A stretch of 55,740 nt of DNA, the filler included, from Sphacelaria rigidula (lineage: Eukaryota), in NCBI GenBank assembly GCA_964200075.2. It is 5 parts of 5 records of this genome, joined end to end, with 100 filler letters (N's around TTAATTAATTAA, not from the genome) between each part and the next. Parts side by side here need not be neighbours in the genome. Positions count along the whole stretch, not along the records: positions 44,674 to 55,740 come from CAXNAA020005444.1; 4 more parts are not named here. One strand, 5' to 3'. This document shows, one piece after another, positions 50,387 to 55,740 of the stretch (positions are counted from its first letter, which is position 1; each line of letters opens with the position of its first letter). The notes beneath the pieces were generated by a model. The model had not been told where the DNA came from. It saw only the letters and a program-made list of their open reading frames with translations, and ran no database searches. The translations under genes and the position numbers were made by a program.

Positions 50387-53300
50387 CGTGTTGCGTTCTT
50401 CGAGTCACCTGAAAAAAACTGGAAGGGAGGGTGTGGACCAGGGGGCGGTGAGCATCACGAACGAGAAAAAATTGGCGGCAAAAAGGCGTTCCAGTAGTTT
50501 CAGTTGTGTTGTGGCCCCGGCTGTACTTCTTGCTCATGGGTGTTCCATCGTCTTTTATGAATGATTCAGTTCGTCCCTCATTTTGAGAAGTGGTAATGAC
50601 GGTCGACGACACTCGACACCACCTTGCGCCGACAGCAGGACGAGGGGAACACATGCGGCGAAGGCTAGAGCGGCAGCGCGGGAAAAAATATCACGAGCGG
50701 TTGGTAGTTTTGGATTGACCGGGTCGACACGTGTGGAACAGGCAGGTAGACGGATATATGGCGTAAATGGTCAACGTACAACGCAATAACACTGCCAGAT
50801 GACTCGAGAGACAAATCGTTCCATTGAAGAGTCTTCACCGCGCAGAATACGAACAAAACTGGGGCAGCCTCATAGGCGGGAGTAAGGCTGCACAAATAGC
50901 GGCCCGGCGACGCATCGTTCAAATTGCATGGGGTGAAACAATATCCCGTGTACAGCACAGCATGAACACAACACGGCCACCGGGCACTGATCGTGAACGG
51001 TTGGGGAAAATGCGCTGGAGGGAATCAAGTCATGGTCAACCGGCTGTGGACAGGCATGCTATTATTTGCGACGGTGGTCAACGCCGTCCAATGACAACCC
51101 CACCCATGCGGTGTATTGGACACGACCAAGCCTGACGGGGCGAGACAGGACATTATGTGAACCTCGCCAGCCTCCTGGAAAGGGAAGTCGAGGACCCCAC
51201 CACGATAGAACTAAAAGTGGCACACGCACATTCAACTTCCACGAGTAGAACTGCCGCCAAAAAGAAGTGTGTGGCGTAGACTGTCGGGTTTTCCTCGCGT
51301 TCTAGAGAACAACAGGGAAGAAGACGAGGAGCAACAGCTACTCCGTTAACAATTGCATAGCTGCCGCCACGGAGAAACCATCCTCAGCTCGAAGCTCGAA
51401 ACGTATGACGGGCTCTCACCTTTTCGCCCAAGGAGAAGCTGGGAGTTGTATTGCTTTAGGCCGGTAGGTTGGACGATGTGATGATTGAAATTGTGTTGGC
51501 ACGGGCGTGGTTGCCGCTGCTGCTTTAGCTCGGTATTCCGGTATGGGTGGTTCCATAATTTGGGGGAAAGACGCGAAATCTCCTCTTTCCTGTTTTTTAT
51601 CATCAACCTGCAACAAGTCGAGTCCTTTCGACTAAAGTAGGAGGGTCACGATGTTTGGATGCCGCGACATTCGTCAAAATGGCGCGTTGCCAGGATGACC
51701 AGGCCGTCAGTTGCCACGAGAGACGAGGTCTTTCGAATGTCTTCATGGATGTGTATCGACTGAAACCTTGCTTGTCGCCGCCAGATCTCTACTACTTCTC
51801 TAGATAATCGCACTGGGTAGGCGACCTCACCCAGTGGGTTGACGGGGTACTCAGGAATCGATACCTGCCGTAAAGTATGCTCTCCCAAGAGACCCCAGTT
51901 CAAAGAATTAAAGAATTTGAGAATTTAAAATGTGACGATATGGTTCCAGAATTATGCCGACATATTCGGCATAACAGGTCCGACGACCTTACACGACATC
52001 ACATACAGTCACCGCAACACGAACCGGCCGCATACAAGGCGGTATCTACGCTGTATAGTGAGGAAGTGAGGATATTGTGGTTCGTGTGTTTTTGTGGGCA
52101 AATGGGAGAACTGATATTTGTCTGTGTGGATGGTTACTTGTGGTTTGAGGGTACGTGTTTCACTATTTTGTACCAAGGAGAGGCAGCGTCGATGGATTTG
52201 CTGGGCGCCTCTTTCTTTTTGGTGCCTACTTTTTAATCTGAGGACAACAACAACGAGGTGCAGGATGGGTTTGTATTTGTTTACTTTCTCGTATTTAGTA
52301 TCGACTATTGTGGTCATTGGAGGTATCACAAACTCAAGATTCAAGATTACCCTCATCTTTCAGTGCTATAATGAGGCACAAGGTACTTTGTTATCTGTAC
52401 CGTGCGCACCATCTGTTCTGTGGGGGGATTGCAGATGAGCGTTGGCTTTTGTCGAAAGAGTTATAACCACCCTGTGTTTGACATGACCACACGAGTGAAT
52501 CAAGCATCGTTCCCAGGTACACATCTTCTGTTGTGGAGTATTTCCACGACAGTTTGGATCCAGTTTGTCTCGAAGATGTGTCTCCACGGAACCACATTCC
52601 ATAAATCGCTTTCATCGTGAACAAATGTGAATGCTGCCCAGAGTCTTACTGGAAAATCCTACTTTACACTTCAAGCAACAGGCTGCAAAATCATCTTGTC
52701 CAGACACAAGCCCGATATACACATGGTAGCCCTTCAACGCTTTGTCGCTCGAGGTGTGCGGTCTGTGTTTCGTAACCATTCTTCGAGAGAAATAAAGGAT
52801 GCCAATTCAACATTTGGAAGGGTTAGTTCTTTCACTCGAGCGTCACCTCGGAACAGTTTCGCTGATAGAAGGGGTAGTCAGTAGTTGCATTACATGCAGT
52901 GCTGTATACAACCGTAAACTCAGTCTTGAATCGAATTTGTTTTCAAGTGCGCATATGTGTGAACCCTCATGTAGATACGAGTAGCCTTCGAAGAATCATC
53001 GTGTGATATTTCATCTGGAATGTCCCGCGAAGTAGACACAGCTCAAGCGGGCAGCGAGCCCACGACGAAGGAGTGCCGGTCCGCCCGAGGAGGAAACCTG
53101 CTTCAAGACGTGAGCGTCCAAGACGGGAGCATCTGTGCTAAATTGTGATTTAAAGGTGACAGTTTGCTGTGTTCGGTGACACGATTAGTGTTCTTCTGTG
53201 CGAGTATTGGTGCCTTACGGACGCAGTGGTTCGCCGACGTGTGGCGGCCGCGCTAGACCATCTGGCCCCCCCACGATGCTTACGGAGTAGCCCATGATGT

Positions 53301-53977
53301 ATAGGGTTCATCTGAAAAAGAACTATTATACTTTATGCCAAAATTGTTCTTGCCTCATCAGAAACGCAAGACAGAATTGTCTGCATACATCCTTGGTGGT
53401 GAAATTGGACGGTATGGAAATTGAATACTGCACGACGGTTTTCACTTTCAAACCCCCAGTACAGAACACCGCACTGCTGTTGTTGTATACCGTACTGTAG
53501 TACAGTGCCAGTCCAAGGTTACCACTGCACACTGCACTGACTGTCGAAACTTTCATGGCACGGTGGTTGTTGAACAACAGACAGGCAGATCACGCACGCC
53601 AACACCGATGCCCTTGAGCTGTAACACGCGTTGTACCCAGCACCGCCCCTTTGAAAGGCATCGCCTATGCTGCAGATTCTGGGGGGGGTGTGGCGTGATT
53701 GCTGTTCGTTGCGACTTTCCTTCGTGCGAACACTCATTCAGTGGATGATACAATCAGCGGTGTGCTCGCGCCAGTTCAAGCATTGCGTAGGTAGCTCATG
53801 TTTTAAGCCTGTATGTCTATGCCGGCGGCATGTGATGATAATACAGCCTTATCGGTTGGTCGATGATGCCAGTGCCCACCGGCGGCCATCTTGCGTTCGA
53901 AGGATGGTTTCATCCCTTAGGGCGTGTCTTAGACGGGCTCTAATGGGAGCCGTTCAGATTTTATTTTTCAAAAAAAT

Positions 53978-54125
53978 TGAACAGGTGGTCACGAAACCGA
54001 CGATTATGGAACAAAATCATCAAGATTTTGACCCCCAAAATTTTCGACGGACCCATAAAAGTGCAAAATTTTGGCCAAGCGTTCAGAATCGGGTGACAAT
54101 TCTGAACGCTTGAGCACCTGTTCAA
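53978..54125. mobile_element. Small inverted-repeat element with an internal perfect 14-bp hairpin
   Basis: 'ttgaacaggtg' ... 'cacctgttcaa' ends. Stem caagcgttcagaat (54076-54089) pairs with attctgaacgcttg (54099-54112). Confidence 0.55.
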
Positions 54126-54409
54126 AAGTTGGCACAAGAAGTAAAATGGGACATGTCATGTCTTGTACACCAGCGCACGCATACGGCTCTTTCATGTGCT
54201 ACACCTGTCACTGCACAATCGTGTATTTAAACTTTGCCAAACCTGTCTGGTCTCTGCTGGATTACCTGAGCCGCTGTACTACTATTGGATTCCGAACAAC
54301 TGCAGTTGGCAGGCAGTGCTGTCTTGCCGAAGTTTGAAATGCGATGGTGCCGACACGAAGGATAAAAGTCACGTGACTATTCATGGGCGCACAGATGGTT
54401 TCCATCGCC

Positions 54410-55290
54410 AGCAGTAGCCACGCGTGCGAGACACACTCGTCGTGCACAGCTCCCACAGAGAGGTGCGCACAGCTATATCTCCCAGCACTTCGCCGAGTGA
54501 GCAAGTATGGGTCCATCGGCGGGTAGTATGAACTAGCGCTTTCCAGCACGGTGGCTATCACGCGCAAGGTGAGTGGGCGTTGTCGCATGATCGAAACGCG
54601 GACCGTCTCTCGCACGAGGAAAAGCAGCAACGGCAGTATTGACACCGGTTGATTGAGACCCACCCACAGCCGCACACATCTACTGGCAATAAAGCTGCTG
54701 CTGCTGCTGCTGCTGTTCATGCTTCTTCTCCTTTTCGTGTGGTGGACGCGGTTAGAGTTTCGACCCGTGACAATGTCCACCACCCAGCGCGTTATTGCCT
54801 CTCTACTTCCCATCAAGTGTCGTTGTCACCCCCACTGCATTTTCAGTGCGTATCACTTGTTTTTCCTGTAGTGGACGCTGGCTTTATTCACATCAGCAGC
54901 GATAACAGCGCGTGTGAGACACACTCGACGTGCACAGCTACCACAGAGATATTCGCACTGCTGTTTATCCCAAAACTTGGCCGAGTGAGGAAGCATGGAC
55001 CCATCGGCGCGTAGTACGGGCTAGCGCTTTCCAGCACGGCGACCATCACGGGCAAGGTGGGTGGGCGTTGTCGCACCATCAAAACGCCGACCATTTCTCG
55101 CCCGAGGAAGAGCAGCAGCAGCAGCAGTATCGGCACCGGCTGATTCAAACCCACCCACAGCCGTACATATCCACTGGTGGTATCGCTGCTGCTGCTGCTG
55201 CTGCTGCTATTGCTTTTTCTCCTTCTCGTGCGGGAGGCCGTCCGCATTTCGACCGGCGACAATACCCATACACCCTTACGCGTGATTGCC
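54410..55290. repeat. Tandem diverged duplication with ~490-bp period, each unit with a (CTG)n tract
   Basis: 'gcgtgcgagacacactcgtcgtgcacagct...ctagcgctttccagcacgg...cccacccacagccg...ctgctgctg' occurs at ~54422 and again at ~54910. Confidence 0.85.
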
Positions 55291-55740
55291 GCCCTACCTG
55301 AGGTCGCTGGTATATTCGTGTGCTGTTTTCGTCATGACATCACTCGCCTTTCCCCCTACGTTGGAATGGCGTGTGATTTCTCGTGAAAATGAATTTGTGA
55401 ACTGTCACGTCACCATCACTATATACCTGTATCACGAAATGATTATCACCTTCCTTGTTTCGTCAAAATGCCGCCTTCTGATATATATTTTCTTGGGGTG
55501 CTGTTGTGGAGATGCACACCTCCTAGGTCACGCCAACTTGAATATCCATGTACAACTCCAAATTTTAGGCCATAATAGTGTCCATTTTGACCCCGGTTCA
55601 GAATCGTGGCGGAAAAAAAACGTGTTTGAAATTCTTGAATGAACTGTTGAACGGCTTCCATTAAAGTTGGCCAACTCTTCTGGTGTGTGTGTGTTGTTGT
55701 GTTGTCGTCCCATTTATTCTGGGCACCAGTCTACACCTTT

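Overview
Eukaryotic, intron-rich and repeat-rich DNA, most consistent with a brown alga (photosynthetic stramenopile). The assignment rests on a nuclear psbO with a bipartite ASAFAP-type presequence and on the repeat families present. The window is not one locus. It is five size-sorted contigs (11069, 11068, 11068, 11068 and 11067 bp) joined by identical 100-nt N44-TTAATTAATTAA-N44 linkers. Spliced genes reconstructed by hand: (contig 1) a dual-specificity phosphatase with HCVAGCSR and a C-terminal CaaX-like CGCSLA; (contig 3) a complete 5-exon psbO with an unusual QSNYER loop; (contig 4) a multi-exon orphan coiled-coil gene and a possible divergent partner; (contig 5) a complete 5-exon secreted, probably GPI-anchored protein with four 8-Cys modules, each in its own phase-1 exon, followed by an APT-rich stalk. 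That last protein is the most interesting candidate. Contig 2 is almost all transposon debris (DIRS-type tyrosine-recombinase retroelement, LINE 3' ends, hAT relic, MITEs, AAT microsatellite). Most ORFs in the six-frame track are spurious.
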